Shown here: in pieces, positions 19,981 through 31,900 of the stretch
Layout: every line of letters begins with the position of its first letter
Numbering within the stretch: the first letter of the stretch is position 1
Virus record (IMG/VR): IMGVR_UViG_3300009184_000049
Span: 1 to 59,503 of that record
DNA: 59,503 nucleotides
DNA from: a virus
Taxonomy: Duplodnaviria; Caudoviricetes
Strand: one strand, 5' to 3'
Position numbers and translations under genes: made by a program
The notes under the pieces: generated by a model
What the model was told of the DNA's origin: nothing
The model's database searches: none
Seen by the model: the letters and a program-made list of their open reading frames with translations, nothing else

Positions 19981-20637
19981 TTACGCTAGTGAGCGATCTA
20001 CGATCTTACCATATGATGCATTATCATTTGGAAGTAGACGGAATGAAACTTCAAACATTGTTGCTTCATCACGCTTTGCAGATACTGTTACATTTTCAAT
20101 TGAAAGTGCACGATATGCTACGTAGATTCTTTCCTTTGGATCTAGAGAAGAACCAGAACCTGGTCCTACTGCTACAAGGCCACGCTCTAGGGGAACGTCG
20201 CCAATATCTCCTGCAGACATTCTCAAGGAGTGTAGTCCTGAAACTGCTGTTGGAAGATCGTCACTCTTTCCTGCAATGGCTACTAGAAGATTTTCTAGTG
20301 TTGCTTCTGCGAAAGATGTATTTAGATTAACTGTCATGCCTTGCTTGAATAAACGAGCAACGTCAAGAAGTTGATCTACTGCTACATCACCAAAATCTGG
20401 TTGGAATGCGAGTTCCAAACCATTTGATGTGTATCCGATATTTGTAAAGTCTCCATCATTTGATAGAGTATCTTTATAGGATGTTGCGGATGCTGTAAGT
20501 GCTGGAAGATCTACTGCTGCCTGAACATCAGTAATCTTTCCATCTTCATCGTATCCGATTGGGCCTGCATTATGTGTGAAAAGTGCTGCTGCACCCACGA
20601 TAATGTTACTACTTGAACCGCGACTATAATTAGCCAT
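19981..20637 (-). CDS. major tail (tube) protein
   Basis: NIIVGAA, IGYTSNGLEL, FAEATLENL motifs; strong SD; terminator downstream. Confidence 0.85.
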   Translation of the reverse strand: MANYSRGSSSNIIVGAAALFTHNAGPIGYDEDGKITDVQAAVDLPALTASATSYKDTLSNDGDFTNIGYTSNGLELAFQPDFGDVAVDQLLDVARLFKQGMTVNLNTSFAEATLENLLVAIAGKSDDLPTAVSGLHSLRMSAGDIGDVPLERGLVAVGPGSGSSLDPKERIYVAYRALSIENVTVSAKRDEATMFEVSFRLLPNDNASYGKIVDRSLA

Positions 20638-20703
20638 ATTTTTTCACCTCTTTCATTTTATTAAAAGGGCTTGTTTCCTCGTGTTAATTATACAGCCTTT
20701 TTA

Positions 20704-21216
20704 TTATAGGTTTACTGGATGCCAGTCATAGTCTATTATGATTTTATTCCCCGCATAGGTACGGGCTGTGCCAAAGTCCACAATATCTCTGGTTTCTTCC
20801 AGTTGATAAATCTTAAAATTATGGAAAAATACTTGCTTAGACTCATTAGACCATGCGCCCTCGTTTGCTGCTGCCCACTCATTTAAGTCTTTTGCTGAGT
20901 CATCAGCATTGTCCAAAAGGTCGCTTATCTGCTGCTGGGTTACTACCATCTTTGCAGTTGCATTTTCTCCTACTGCATAAAAGTAGTAGAGAAGTTGTTC
21001 GCACTTAATGTATGGGAAAGGCACTCTTCTCATTTTAAACATTCTGTCATATACTGCAAATACCTCGTTACTCTGTGGAAATGTCGTAGTTAGATTTTCA
21101 ATATCTGTTGGTAGTGTTGGGAAAAAATATGTCGTCCCCTGAGCATTAAAACCAGGATCTATTTTTGCTGCCAAATACTTATTAATAATTGTTGGTGGAT
21201 GATGAATATTAGCCAT
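20704..21216 (-). CDS. putative tail terminator/completion protein
   Basis: Position just upstream of the major tail gene. Confidence 0.5.
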   Translation of the reverse strand: MANIHHPPTIINKYLAAKIDPGFNAQGTTYFFPTLPTDIENLTTTFPQSNEVFAVYDRMFKMRRVPFPYIKCEQLLYYFYAVGENATAKMVVTQQQISDLLDNADDSAKDLNEWAAANEGAWSNESKQVFFHNFKIYQLEETRDIVDFGTARTYAGNKIIIDYDWHPVNL

Positions 21217-21890
21217 TATTTACCCATTCCAGCGTTAGCGATCCAGCGATATCCAGTTGAGAGGCCTTTTGCCTTGCCCATTCTTTTACCTGCTGGCATA
21301 TTTTTTTTGTATAGTTGTGGATTCTCAAGATACTTTGCAATACCGCTTGTTCTTAAAAATGCTTGGGAAAAATACTTATTAAAAAACATATCAAACACTT
21401 TTTCAAAACCACCCTCTGCTTGTGCTCCTCCAGGATTCATAACTTGTACTGGACCTCTAGTAAATATAGTTTCTCCGCCTTGCTCAAACGCTAAAACCTG
21501 TGCAACCTTTGGTCTAATTATGACTGGAATTCCTTCTTCCATAATTCTTGCTTTATCATAAAACGGTGTTCGTGATCCATTTTTAATAGATGTAGATTGA
21601 CTAAAAGATGATTTAAAAGATAATCCTAAATTGCTTACTGTATATGAAATATCGTAAAGTCTTGCATCTGGGCTTCCATTTTGATACCACTCATATATAT
21701 GATTAAGCATCTGGGGGTTAACTCGTGCATTTGAATCTATAAATTCTTTCATTACTTCTACTGTGTCTATTCCAAGATTTTTAAAAAATACTGTTTTTCC
21801 TTTTTGTACACCATCTAAAAATCCTATAGAATAGTTGACAATATTATTCATATCTTTTTTAAATTGATTTGAGTTAAAGGTTGTTATCAT
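21216..21890 (-). CDS. putative neck/tail completion protein
   Basis: Position in the head-tail joining module. Confidence 0.5.
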   Translation of the reverse strand: MITTFNSNQFKKDMNNIVNYSIGFLDGVQKGKTVFFKNLGIDTVEVMKEFIDSNARVNPQMLNHIYEWYQNGSPDARLYDISYTVSNLGLSFKSSFSQSTSIKNGSRTPFYDKARIMEEGIPVIIRPKVAQVLAFEQGGETIFTRGPVQVMNPGGAQAEGGFEKVFDMFFNKYFSQAFLRTSGIAKYLENPQLYKKNMPAGKRMGKAKGLSTGYRWIANAGMGK

Positions 21891-22333
21891 AAATCACCTG
21901 CTTGATTTTCTGATCTTCTAATAACTAATTTGTAAGAATCAACAACACCAAATGGCCCAGTAAATGGCTCATAAGTTGCAATTTCAAATAATGTTCCTTT
22001 GCCAGATCTAGGACCTGAAGTCTCCATATAAATAAGGTTTCCTTCTTGATCTTTGATATCAGATATTAATATATTGGTTAAGGCGTTTTTGCTTTCTAAT
22101 AAAGAAATTCTTATATCAGATTTGGATCTTCCAATAAGAATTGAGTTTTGTGTTATATTTACATTTGGCTTTACTTCTTCTTTAAATGCTGTACCGCCTG
22201 AAGAAAAGTTACAGGCAAAAATTCTATCAAGAACCCAGTGTTTTTTTATTGCTCCAAAATCTCCTTGATTTACTATCGGATGATAGAGGGATGCTTGCAT
22301 TGGAAACATATAATCTGTTGATTCGCATATCAT
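21887..22333 (-). CDS. putative head closure protein
   Basis: Position and size; beta-rich. Confidence 0.5.
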   Translation of the reverse strand: MICESTDYMFPMQASLYHPIVNQGDFGAIKKHWVLDRIFACNFSSGGTAFKEEVKPNVNITQNSILIGRSKSDIRISLLESKNALTNILISDIKDQEGNLIYMETSGPRSGKGTLFEIATYEPFTGPFGVVDSYKLVIRRSENQAGDL

Positions 22334-23238
22334 TAAATTATCCCTGGTTTAAGAATAGTATTAGCATACTTATCTAAAATCTTATCAACTAAAAGGTTTC
22401 CAGTTCCCCCAAACATAGACTTATCAAACTGAATTTTAAACTGATCTGTATTATATGCTGTAACATATCTCTTATAGTAATCTAACTTACCACATTTAAT
22501 ATCTTCCATTAAGGTTTGTGTTGCATACTCTACATCTGAAGGAATTGTTAAATAGCCTGTGGATACTACGAATGTGTAATCATATCCCGCTGGAAATCCA
22601 ACTGATCTATATCCATAATAGCCAAGATCTCCTCTTGCTATAGGAACATTTGGTGGTGCTTGTTCTGATCTATTATATGGTTCTACAATTACCCTTTGTA
22701 TTGCAGAATTATCTAATGTTATTTTAAAGTCATAAATATTATTTTCTTGATCTTCAATATCATAAACTAAAACATTGTTTTCATAAACTTTTAATATTCC
22801 ATTTGCGTCATGCCATAAAGGAAAATAGTCTGTTCCTTGGCCAACTGCTTGAATAACTTTTTTATGATTATAAAATCCATTTGGAATTATTGTATCAATT
22901 ATTGATCTTGACACTAACTCAAGCATCCTGTATTCTGCAATCTCTGATGCAGTTGTACCAATTTTATTTGCATTTACATAAGGTCTAATAATATCTAGGT
23001 TATCACTTAAAATATCTTTACCTTGCAAATTAATTATTTTAAATAAAAACCTTCTATCAAATTCTAACTGTGAATGTGGTATTGTGTAGATTACTTGTGA
23101 GTCTGAATTAGATGTTGCTGGTGCAGTTTGGATTGAGTGATCCACCAAATCCTCGATATAAATAGTATAGTCAGTGTTCGCTGATGGAACATCCCATGTA
23201 GTTATAACTGGATAAGGTGGAACTCTCAAAACCTCCAT
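22333..23238 (-). CDS. head-tail adaptor
   Basis: C-terminal GYLTIPSDVEYAT...VDKILDKY adaptor-like motif; follows the capsid genes. Confidence 0.65.
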   Translation of the reverse strand: MEVLRVPPYPVITTWDVPSANTDYTIYIEDLVDHSIQTAPATSNSDSQVIYTIPHSQLEFDRRFLFKIINLQGKDILSDNLDIIRPYVNANKIGTTASEIAEYRMLELVSRSIIDTIIPNGFYNHKKVIQAVGQGTDYFPLWHDANGILKVYENNVLVYDIEDQENNIYDFKITLDNSAIQRVIVEPYNRSEQAPPNVPIARGDLGYYGYRSVGFPAGYDYTFVVSTGYLTIPSDVEYATQTLMEDIKCGKLDYYKRYVTAYNTDQFKIQFDKSMFGGTGNLLVDKILDKYANTILKPGII

Positions 23239-23244
23239 TGATTG

Positions 23245-23652
23245 TTACCCAAAAGCCTTTTTTACTTCTTCTGGTGTTGCAATTCGAACATGTGATCTTG
23301 TTAGCCATTGCTCGGAAGCATCTTTTGTAACAATATTGTAGCCCTTATAAACCTTACCAACACCTTCCCAATTAACATTGCTAGTTGAATAGATTGCTAT
23401 CTTTTCAACTGAGTCTTCATGGTGTTCTTGGTGTGATCGTTCTGGTCTTGGGACGGTTGTGCTTCCCATAACCCCATTTGCTACAGTAGCAAGGGCTGGT
23501 ACCTCTGGTGTTTCTTGTGCTGGTTCTTCTTCAACTACAGGCTCTGAATGTGTTTCCTCAACTGCTGGTGCCTCTACGACTGGCGCTTCTTCAACAACTG
23601 GTGATTCTACTACTGCCTCTTCTGCAATTGGATTTTCATTAATGTTTTCCAT
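23245..23652 (-). CDS. hypothetical virion-associated protein with acidic low-complexity N-terminus
   Basis: Own TGATATAAT promoter and AAGGAGG SD. Confidence 0.6.
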   Translation of the reverse strand: MENINENPIAEEAVVESPVVEEAPVVEAPAVEETHSEPVVEEEPAQETPEVPALATVANGVMGSTTVPRPERSHQEHHEDSVEKIAIYSTSNVNWEGVGKVYKGYNIVTKDASEQWLTRSHVRIATPEEVKKAFG

Positions 23653-23689
23653 AATTCCTCCTTGTTAGTATTATATCATTATAAGTAAT

Positions 23690-23724
23690 AAAGGGGAGTA
23701 AGAGCGTTAACTCCTACTCCCCCT
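23690..23724 (-). terminator. hairpin terminator after the major capsid gene
   Basis: GGGGAGTA/TACTCCCC stem. Confidence 0.7.
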
Positions 23725-23743
23725 AATTTTTACTGTTTACAGA

Positions 23744-24889
23744 TTATGCGTCTGCTGCAGCATCTGCCCATGCGATTGCATCCTGTTCTTCCCATTGAAT
23801 ACCAAAGCGAACGAAGACTGTATATTCTACAGTATCCTTCTTTGGCTTGTATTCACGGTTTACAGTGATGTCACGCTGGAATCCCCATACACGGTTCTGT
23901 GGGAATGTCAAGTCGACATATCCTGCAGGGTAGTAAGGAACTTCCTGAACATCGACACCTAGGACACGAGTTGTACGTGCTCCACCGAATGTCTGTGCTG
24001 TACCATCAAGGTATGCTTGACGGTTTGCAGGTGTACCTGCTGGAGTACCAGCAAATGCTTCTGCGATTGCATCTGCAAGAGTACCATTATTCTTAATGAT
24101 TCCCTGGAATGCATCTGTACCTGCGTAGAACTTCAAGTTAGACTTGATTGCACGGTACTTGCGTGGCATTGCAAGAATGATCTTCTGCATTGCATCAGTT
24201 GTCCAGTTGTTATTAGCAACTGTGACTACTGCTTCATGTGCATCTCCATCAGTCTTTACACGGTGTACGAAACCGTTCATGATTGATGTAAATGAATCTC
24301 CTGCGCCTGTTCCATTGATTGCAAGGTCTTCGATATCATTACCGAAAGCATTTGTCATCAAACGAACAATGTGATCTTCTAGTGCTGCACCTTCGATATT
24401 ATCTTCTAGTGATTCTGAAGATACTTCCCAGTCAAGACGAATCTTCTTTGTAGTCAATTCAACCTTTGAGAATGTTGCACCTGCGTTTGTGTAATCGCCA
24501 ACTGCTTGCGCTGCTGCACGAATAACACGCTCTCCGACGTTTACCTTTTCGAGTTCCATTGTGTTGGCTCTCATAGTAACGCGACGGCCATCTTGGGCGA
24601 GAATGGTTGCATCCCACACGTAATCAATAAAACGACGTGCTTGCTCTGGGCGTAGGATACCTGATCCAGCCTCACCTGAAGGATTTACTGCGTTTGGACC
24701 TGATGTAACTCCGTTAAGTGATGTTGGGATATTACCCAATACACCACCGTCAGTGTAGTTACCTGGTACGTTAACTCCTGCATCTGAACCTGATGCAAAT
24801 GCGCCCTGACCCTGATAGAGTCCTGGTGCTGTTCCGCCAATGTTACCTGAAGTACCTGGCTGGTTCTTTTCTATATTTTGTTCCGACAT
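23744..24889 (-). CDS. major capsid protein (HK97 fold)
   Basis: GILRPEQARRFIDY, LTTKKIRL.WEVS.ESLEDNIEG, DLAING motifs; GGAGGTG SD. Confidence 0.92.
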   Translation of the reverse strand: MSEQNIEKNQPGTSGNIGGTAPGLYQGQGAFASGSDAGVNVPGNYTDGGVLGNIPTSLNGVTSGPNAVNPSGEAGSGILRPEQARRFIDYVWDATILAQDGRRVTMRANTMELEKVNVGERVIRAAAQAVGDYTNAGATFSKVELTTKKIRLDWEVSSESLEDNIEGAALEDHIVRLMTNAFGNDIEDLAINGTGAGDSFTSIMNGFVHRVKTDGDAHEAVVTVANNNWTTDAMQKIILAMPRKYRAIKSNLKFYAGTDAFQGIIKNNGTLADAIAEAFAGTPAGTPANRQAYLDGTAQTFGGARTTRVLGVDVQEVPYYPAGYVDLTFPQNRVWGFQRDITVNREYKPKKDTVEYTVFVRFGIQWEEQDAIAWADAAADA

Positions 24890-24912
24890 ATTGTCACCTC
24901 CTGTGATTTTTT

Positions 24913-26316
24913 CTAACTGAATAGATCGGCTGTTTTGAGGAAACTACCGCCCCATAGGGATTTTTCAACCGTTTCAGGTTGATTCTGTACTATCTCGCCG
25001 AGATCGCCAGACTTTCGGAAAGCAGTGTCTTGCTCTACAAGTTCCACACGCTTACCAAATTCATTAAATACATTTGTTGCTGATGCAATATCTTTTGCAA
25101 CTGCTTCAAATGATGTTTGTGCCACTTCAATGTCAACCTTGGTAGACTTTAAAAGTTCTACTTCTGATTGCAATGACTTGACTATTTCTACTAGATCGCT
25201 AAAGGCTTTTTCAAGACCGTCATTAGTTTCGGCAACTGCTTCTGCAATTACTTCATCTGACTTAGGAGCCATTGGCTTCTTCTTGTCTTCTTCTGATTCA
25301 ACTGATGTTGATTCAGTTCCTTCATGAGCAGCAGACTCTTCAGCATCAGTTGGCTTTACAGCCTTTTCTGTTGAATCATCTTCAGTTGCATCTGACTTTG
25401 AACCGCATTCACATGCATCCATAGCCTTTCCGCAATCTGGACATGTTGAAGCCTTTGTAACTTCATCTTCTGCTACTGGAGCGACCTTCTCTGTTTCAAC
25501 TGCAATATCAGATTTCTCAACGATTTCTTCAACTGTGTTTTTTGTTGATTTTGCCATAAGGTTTTCCTCCTTGTTAATCTTAGAAGTATTAATGCCTTTA
25601 GCACTATCAACTAAGAATTTTATCATTTCTGTTTTTTCATTATCCGTTTTTTCAACGAAACCTATATTTGCCATTTGCTCACCAGTAGTTGGACTTAACT
25701 CTGACTCATTTTCTGAAACCATAACAATGCCTGATTCCTTATCATAAAATACATTTTCTAATACTGTCTCATCAGCCTTGATAACATCTACGCCATCAAC
25801 CTTTTCGACAGAAACAATATTTGCAAACTGATTTGCTGGGGAATCCACAAGACTCAACTCAACTAAATCGTATTGTTTAATAATTCTAATTGCCTTATCT
25901 GACTTTTCATCATAACCATCATCCCACTTGTTCATACGTCCACCAATAGAAAAACCAGTTAGTGTTCCATCTAGAACCTTTTCCCAAGTATCTTGTGCAC
26001 CCTTTGAAACATATGCAGAGACAAATACACCATTATAAAACTTCTTTGACTCTGGATCAAAATACTTATCTGCTTTAAATGAAACCATCTTGCCTACTGC
26101 TAGTGGTTGATGCATTTCTCTGATGTTCCCTCGAAATTTTGCAAACGCATCCATTGATGCTTCTGCTGTTACAATGTCATCTTGCTTGTCTAAATTATCT
26201 AAAGATGCAAAACCAGAAACGACTCTTCGTTCCTTGTCTACCTTAGTAAGAGGCATCGAAAGACGCAAATTGTTGCCATTGGTATTCCAATGTGCTTTAG
26301 ATATATTGATCACCAT
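24913..26316 (-). CDS. HK97-family prohead protease fused to an acidic scaffold region
   Basis: IREMH, GFSIGG and ELSLVDSPAN catalytic motifs. Confidence 0.9.
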   Translation of the reverse strand: MVINISKAHWNTNGNNLRLSMPLTKVDKERRVVSGFASLDNLDKQDDIVTAEASMDAFAKFRGNIREMHQPLAVGKMVSFKADKYFDPESKKFYNGVFVSAYVSKGAQDTWEKVLDGTLTGFSIGGRMNKWDDGYDEKSDKAIRIIKQYDLVELSLVDSPANQFANIVSVEKVDGVDVIKADETVLENVFYDKESGIVMVSENESELSPTTGEQMANIGFVEKTDNEKTEMIKFLVDSAKGINTSKINKEENLMAKSTKNTVEEIVEKSDIAVETEKVAPVAEDEVTKASTCPDCGKAMDACECGSKSDATEDDSTEKAVKPTDAEESAAHEGTESTSVESEEDKKKPMAPKSDEVIAEAVAETNDGLEKAFSDLVEIVKSLQSEVELLKSTKVDIEVAQTSFEAVAKDIASATNVFNEFGKRVELVEQDTAFRKSGDLGEIVQNQPETVEKSLWGGSFLKTADLFS

Positions 26317-26374
26317 TATATTATATACCCTTTTTTATCATATCTTAGATATTGAGATGGCCAAATCTTTAGAA

Positions 26375-26959
26375 TTAATAAGTTTTTGCCCAAGACGGGC
26401 TCATTGCTTCTAAAAATGAGTTAAGTGTGCTTTCTTTCATGCTATGAAACTGCTTAGATATCCTATAATACTCACTATCCTTTTTGGCTAAATGAACAAA
26501 TAGTAGCAGGAGGTAGTCTTCTTCATTGCTAGATGGAAAATCTGGCCTCCAGTGCAAGTCTTCTTCACCCTTGATAAAAGATACAGAGTTTGTTTGATTG
26601 CTAAAGTTTTCACCTTCAATGACCAGTGGCCAATCAATTGTGGCATCAATGACTATATCCATAACCCACTCACCAGTGACAATATCCTTGTGTTTTCTGA
26701 GTTCTGGGACTTCTCCATCTTTAATTTGATACTTAACTATTTGAGTATAAATAACCTCTAGAGAGTCGTCTCCAATCTCTTTTCTTGCCTTATCTAAAAG
26801 CATGTCTTGAATTTCCTTTGGCAAAAAAACTACTTTATAATATCTTTTAAATTCTTTACCGTAAGAAAGTCCTATGTCTTTTATTTTTTTAAATACACAA
26901 TTTTTTATTTTATCAAAACTTGCAATATCAAAAAAATCAGCCTTGTATATAGATATCAT
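26375..26959 (-). CDS. 2OG-Fe(II) oxygenase-like protein
   Basis: HKD...HWR...FVH; paralogue of 46659-47207. Confidence 0.7.
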   Translation of the reverse strand: MISIYKADFFDIASFDKIKNCVFKKIKDIGLSYGKEFKRYYKVVFLPKEIQDMLLDKARKEIGDDSLEVIYTQIVKYQIKDGEVPELRKHKDIVTGEWVMDIVIDATIDWPLVIEGENFSNQTNSVSFIKGEEDLHWRPDFPSSNEEDYLLLLFVHLAKKDSEYYRISKQFHSMKESTLNSFLEAMSPSWAKTY

Positions 26960-26961
26960 TA

Positions 26962-28548
26962 TTAAACAGAACGTCCCTCACCTTTTGGATTACGACCTGC
27001 TACAGTTGATGGACTATCTGAATTATTATTTGTTCGTTCTGCATCTCGTGCTCTACTTGTTGTTGCATCTGCCACCTGTTCTGGTTTAAGTTGAAGTGGC
27101 TCGTCCCCTCCTGGGCGCTGTGGCATTCCTAGTTGCTCTCTTGCTTCATTAGGAACAATAATCTGATTCTTAACATAGCGCTCAAGAATTTGAGATTGAG
27201 TAATCTCATCTGTAAGTGTAAGTTCATTAAATTTAAATTCAAGGATATCTGTTTTTTCACGAATTATTTTATTTATATGCTTTTCAAGTTGTCTTTGAGA
27301 AGGTCTTGCTACTTGCTCCTTAAATGTTCTATCTTGTGATAATGCTGAAGCGATTGATCCAGAATCTCCTCCACCAAGTTTTGAAAGTGGAACCTGATGT
27401 GCTACCAAGATATCATCACGGTTTTGCTTACGATACTCTTTAAAAGATCCTTCTTGTATACCGTTTTCAATTGGCTCCATTTTAAACTCAACCTTATTTG
27501 TATCTGAGTCTGGTGGAAGAGGTATGTAAAGAGTTCTATGGTTTTGACCTTTAAGTCCAGTCTGCAAGAATCTAAACATCTTATCCTCTGCTTCTGCAGA
27601 TAACTTTGCACCCTTTAGAGTTACAACATATCTAGGAACAGCCTTGTTGCTAAAGAAATCAATATTATATTGTGAGGCAAGAGAATCACCATACAAAGAA
27701 TTAATTGCAGAAATAATGTCTGGAACTCCATAAAAAGTATTTAAAGGAGAGTATTGCTTAAAGTGAATAATCTCATTAGGTCTAGGATCTGTTCCAAGTG
27801 GGTTTGCGTTAGATGCCCCAAAGTTACGGAAGTAAACAACCTTGTTTCCAATAACTTGGACAAACCCATCGCGTAATCTTCTTACACGAACAGTTGTTGC
27901 TGGTATATGACCAACATATCCTATATCGCCTTTTACTGTTCTTCCAATCTCTAAGTATGCATTTCCAGTTGCCTGCAAATCAGTATAAACTTTTTCCATT
28001 GAAGAAGTAAAAGAATCATCGTTATTTAAACTTTCTAACCAATCACGCATCTCGATCTTTGCTCTTTCAATTCTTTTACGAGCACGATCTGTAGCCCCAG
28101 AATCAGTTGATGACTCAATCTTCAGCATTGTTCGTGCAGAAATTTCAAAGTCATAGCCTAGCCCCACAATATTTTCTACCTTTGCATCGATTGCAGCATG
28201 ATTTGCAAAAGATGTATCATAGTAGTTTGCTAACTCATAAAGGTTCCATGGAGGGGTGATAACATCAAACAATCCATAACCGTTTCTATAGATTAGGCCT
28301 GGATTAATTTCTTTTGATGCTGCGCCATTAATACCTGTGCTAATGGCCATTGCGCTGTCCATATATGCAGGAGTTGCGTCGGCTTTTGATACCCTCTGTG
28401 CACGACGCTTAAAATTATTATCTAATCCACTAAGATTTTTTAAATTATCCCAGTCTTTGTTAAATGGATCTTGCTTTATAAAAGTATCATCTGATTTTGG
28501 AAGTTCGTCAATTCTTGCGCCAATTCTATAATCCATCTCGTCACTCAT
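26962..28548 (-). CDS. portal protein
   Basis: ATGNAYLE, EIIHFK..YGVPD, FFSNKAVP, AHQVP, PNEARE.LG motifs. Confidence 0.92.
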   Translation of the reverse strand: MSDEMDYRIGARIDELPKSDDTFIKQDPFNKDWDNLKNLSGLDNNFKRRAQRVSKADATPAYMDSAMAISTGINGAASKEINPGLIYRNGYGLFDVITPPWNLYELANYYDTSFANHAAIDAKVENIVGLGYDFEISARTMLKIESSTDSGATDRARKRIERAKIEMRDWLESLNNDDSFTSSMEKVYTDLQATGNAYLEIGRTVKGDIGYVGHIPATTVRVRRLRDGFVQVIGNKVVYFRNFGASNANPLGTDPRPNEIIHFKQYSPLNTFYGVPDIISAINSLYGDSLASQYNIDFFSNKAVPRYVVTLKGAKLSAEAEDKMFRFLQTGLKGQNHRTLYIPLPPDSDTNKVEFKMEPIENGIQEGSFKEYRKQNRDDILVAHQVPLSKLGGGDSGSIASALSQDRTFKEQVARPSQRQLEKHINKIIREKTDILEFKFNELTLTDEITQSQILERYVKNQIIVPNEAREQLGMPQRPGGDEPLQLKPEQVADATTSRARDAERTNNNSDSPSTVAGRNPKGEGRSV

Positions 28549-28952
28549 TACTCATCACTTCCATACTTATTAAATGTATCTTGTGCTGCTTTCCATGCAC
28601 CAAGATCGTTCATAGAAGGAATTAGTCCTTCTGCCATTCTTTCTTTTTGCTCTGAATATTCTTCTTCTGAAATTCTTGTTAGCCCTGGAACAAAAATACA
28701 ATCGCCATTGCCTTCATCTCCGTAATATTTTGCTGCATCTCTAAGTTTTGCAATCTGAGCAATGTCGCCTTTCATTGACTCAATGTTTAATACAGAGCCA
28801 GTTCCATCAGTAAACCATTTTCCATCAGCCTTTTTATAAACGTAAAGACCCCAATCGTAATGCTTTTCAATAATTTTTGCACGGGACTCTCCCACTTGGC
28901 CCTTCATCTTAGGCAGGGTTTTACTCTTTTTCTTTGGATTTTCAATATTCAT
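28548..28952 (-). CDS. hypothetical protein coupled to the portal gene
   Basis: TGGTATACT-N7-ATG; TAATG overlap with the portal start. Confidence 0.65.
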   Translation of the reverse strand: MNIENPKKKSKTLPKMKGQVGESRAKIIEKHYDWGLYVYKKADGKWFTDGTGSVLNIESMKGDIAQIAKLRDAAKYYGDEGNGDCIFVPGLTRISEEEYSEQKERMAEGLIPSMNDLGAWKAAQDTFNKYGSDE

Positions 28953-28970
28953 AACCACAAGTATACCATA

Positions 28971-31900
28971 CTAGGCAGGGTCAATGACTAGTTGGTTCCA
29001 GTTAACATCCGCATATGCCGTGTATTTATAGTTCCCAAAGCGTAAAACACTGCTGTCTTCTACAACTATCTTGTTTGTTCCAGTATAACTTTTGTAAACT
29101 TCTGATGGATTAACTCCATAATAACTTGTTTCTGACAAAACCAAGACTTTGTTCCAATTAAATGATCCAATATTCCAAAACTTCCAGTCTAATTCTCTAG
29201 AATTAAGGACCTTAACTCTAAACCAAGGCCTTTCGGAAACATTCTGAACCTCCTGTAGGTTTGTTGACTGATAGAAAGATATGTTATTAAATAATAATGG
29301 CCCAGTAAGTCTAATAGCCCCCTCAAAATATGAAAAATCTAAACTGTTTGAAAAACTAATGCCAAGGAATCCCCAGTCTTGCAAAGTTATAACTGGCTCT
29401 TTTACAATTCTTCCATTCCAGTAAAATCCAATTCCATTTTGAACTAATCCAGTTTTTGTATCAATTGAATAAATTTTTGCTCTTCTTCCACTTGGATCAC
29501 ATGCAACCATATAAAACTTTATATAAGAACCTTTGCTTTCTACTTCAAAAATTTCTGTTGGTGCATATGGAAAATATTCTCCATCAAACCTAACTGCAAG
29601 TTGCATAGCAATAACCTTAAAGCCATCTGCCCTATTTGTATTAATAGGAATCATAAGCCCCCTATTTACAAGTGGATCATAGGTTCCTTTTAATTGAATA
29701 CCGCTTGTTTTTGTCAAATACAAATATGGAGATGATGCATTATATATTGAAAAAGGATTATTCTTTTTAAAATTATAATAAATTCCAGACTTTGTATAAG
29801 GGTAAATAGGAGTTCCAAATCTTGTTCCAATAGGGCTTGCGTCCGCTTCATTTAGCGCTTGAGAAGCGTAAGACATATTTTTTATACTAACATTGTTAAC
29901 TGATGAATTTTTTACGTTAATGTCTATATGAGTAACTATTGACAAATCATTAAAGTCAACACCTGAAGGTGGATAGATTATCATGTTGTCTACTACCTCA
30001 TACTTTGTTGTCATCCAATCAGATCCTGGAATCAAGACACCATTTCTTTCTGGCTTTTCTATCTTATCAAAATACTCAAAAGTTGCATTTGCTCCAAGTT
30101 TAGTATACTGAAATGTAACATATGTTTTTACTAGTGCTCCTTCTGTATCATACTTATAACTTTTTGCTATTTTGTTTTTTAAATCTTCATAATCATTATA
30201 TCCAGTAAATAAATAATTATCTAACGAATCATAGTTTCTTTGAACTGGAATGCTGTAATCATTAGCAAGTTCTGCGTATGTCCATTCAACTGGATCTGTC
30301 TCTATTGCAAGAGTTTTTGAAGGTATTGGATAATTAAAATTAAACTGTATAAAATCAAGATCAAAGTATTGATCACCTCTTTTATCAAAAACAGATTCTG
30401 CAAAATAGGTAAGTGGTAAATTATCCTCCCAATATCCATTTGAAGATACTGCAAGTGTATATTTTTCAAATAAAATATCTGGCACTAAAGTATAACTGGC
30501 TGTGTGCTCAATTAAATAATCTTCTTCCATTAATACAACTTTTCCACCATCAAGTGCTCCAGGAGAAACGTCCGTAAGGCCTCCGTATGGGCTTAGAGAT
30601 ACAGTATCAATCCCACCATCAACATCTACTATTTCATCACTTTGATAAACATCAAACAAATTTTCATTAAGTTTTGGAATGCCAAGTTCGTTGAACAAAT
30701 TTTTTATTTTTTGAAAATTATACTTTGTTGCAAATCCAACTTTATAAATTTTTCCTGTAAATGTTGATGTATTTATTAATTTGTTGTTTTTATCTCCTCC
30801 AACATATAACCTTAGATCTGATAACGATCCAAAAAAACTAGAGACAGGATTCCCAAATATTTCTATAAACCTAGGAATATTTACACCCACTTCAATAAAT
30901 TCGTTTGGGTTTAAATTCTGAGAACTATAGATAACCTCTGTTTTACCATTTGCGTAAATACTGTAAACTATTTTCTTATTAGAAATTTCTATTTTAAAAT
31001 AGTCTAGGGTGTTTTCTTTTTCAATTTTAAAAAGTATTTGTGGCGTTGTTGCATTACCTTTTATTTTAAAACATCCATAGAATGCTGATATTGGAGTATT
31101 TAAAATATCAAAGTTTTCAAAAAATAAATATCCCCTAACACTGTCCCATGATGATGAGGGCATAAATGTAAAATAATCTTTTTGATCATATAAAAAGTTT
31201 TCTGTATTTGATACTAGGTTGGCAGTTTTGTTTTCATTAAATAAATCAGACTCTGTCTTTGATGATAAAACTATTTTTGGAAGTGGGTGAGATATTACAG
31301 AAAGTGCTTTATTTGTAGTAGATAAATTATCATTAAATCCTTGATTCCAAGACCCAGTTTTAGGATAAGAATAGTTGGCTTTATAGTTTGCAAAAGAATA
31401 GTCAACTGTAACAGAAGTTCCGCTATATGATGTATTGATATTTTCTGGTATTTCAACACCCTGACCAAAAACAAATCTTCTTTTTGCAACATCGCTTGGG
31501 ACCAGGTATGGGTAAATTCCAACGCAGTCTATATCTATTGGGGAAATATCATCATATGCATAGAACCCTATCCAATCTTGGTTTTTGCCTGCTACAAACT
31601 CTAAAGGGAAGGCAGCCAAGTCTTGATCATGTTGAATTGAGACAACCTCTGTTCCATTAATTAACAAAGATGCAATATTTTTTCCAACCTTGAGATGCAC
31701 AAGCATTGGCCTTGTCCACTCTCCAATATAATTTGTTTTATATTCATTACCAATTTTTAATCCAATTGATGGTCCATCTACGTATATTCCATCGGTTGAT
31801 GCAATAGGGCCAATAATTCTTTTTCTGTCAGTGGTATAAGAATTTATCCTAAGCCAAGTTTCAAGTGTATATTGTTTAAATTGACCTGATTTGTTTAGCA

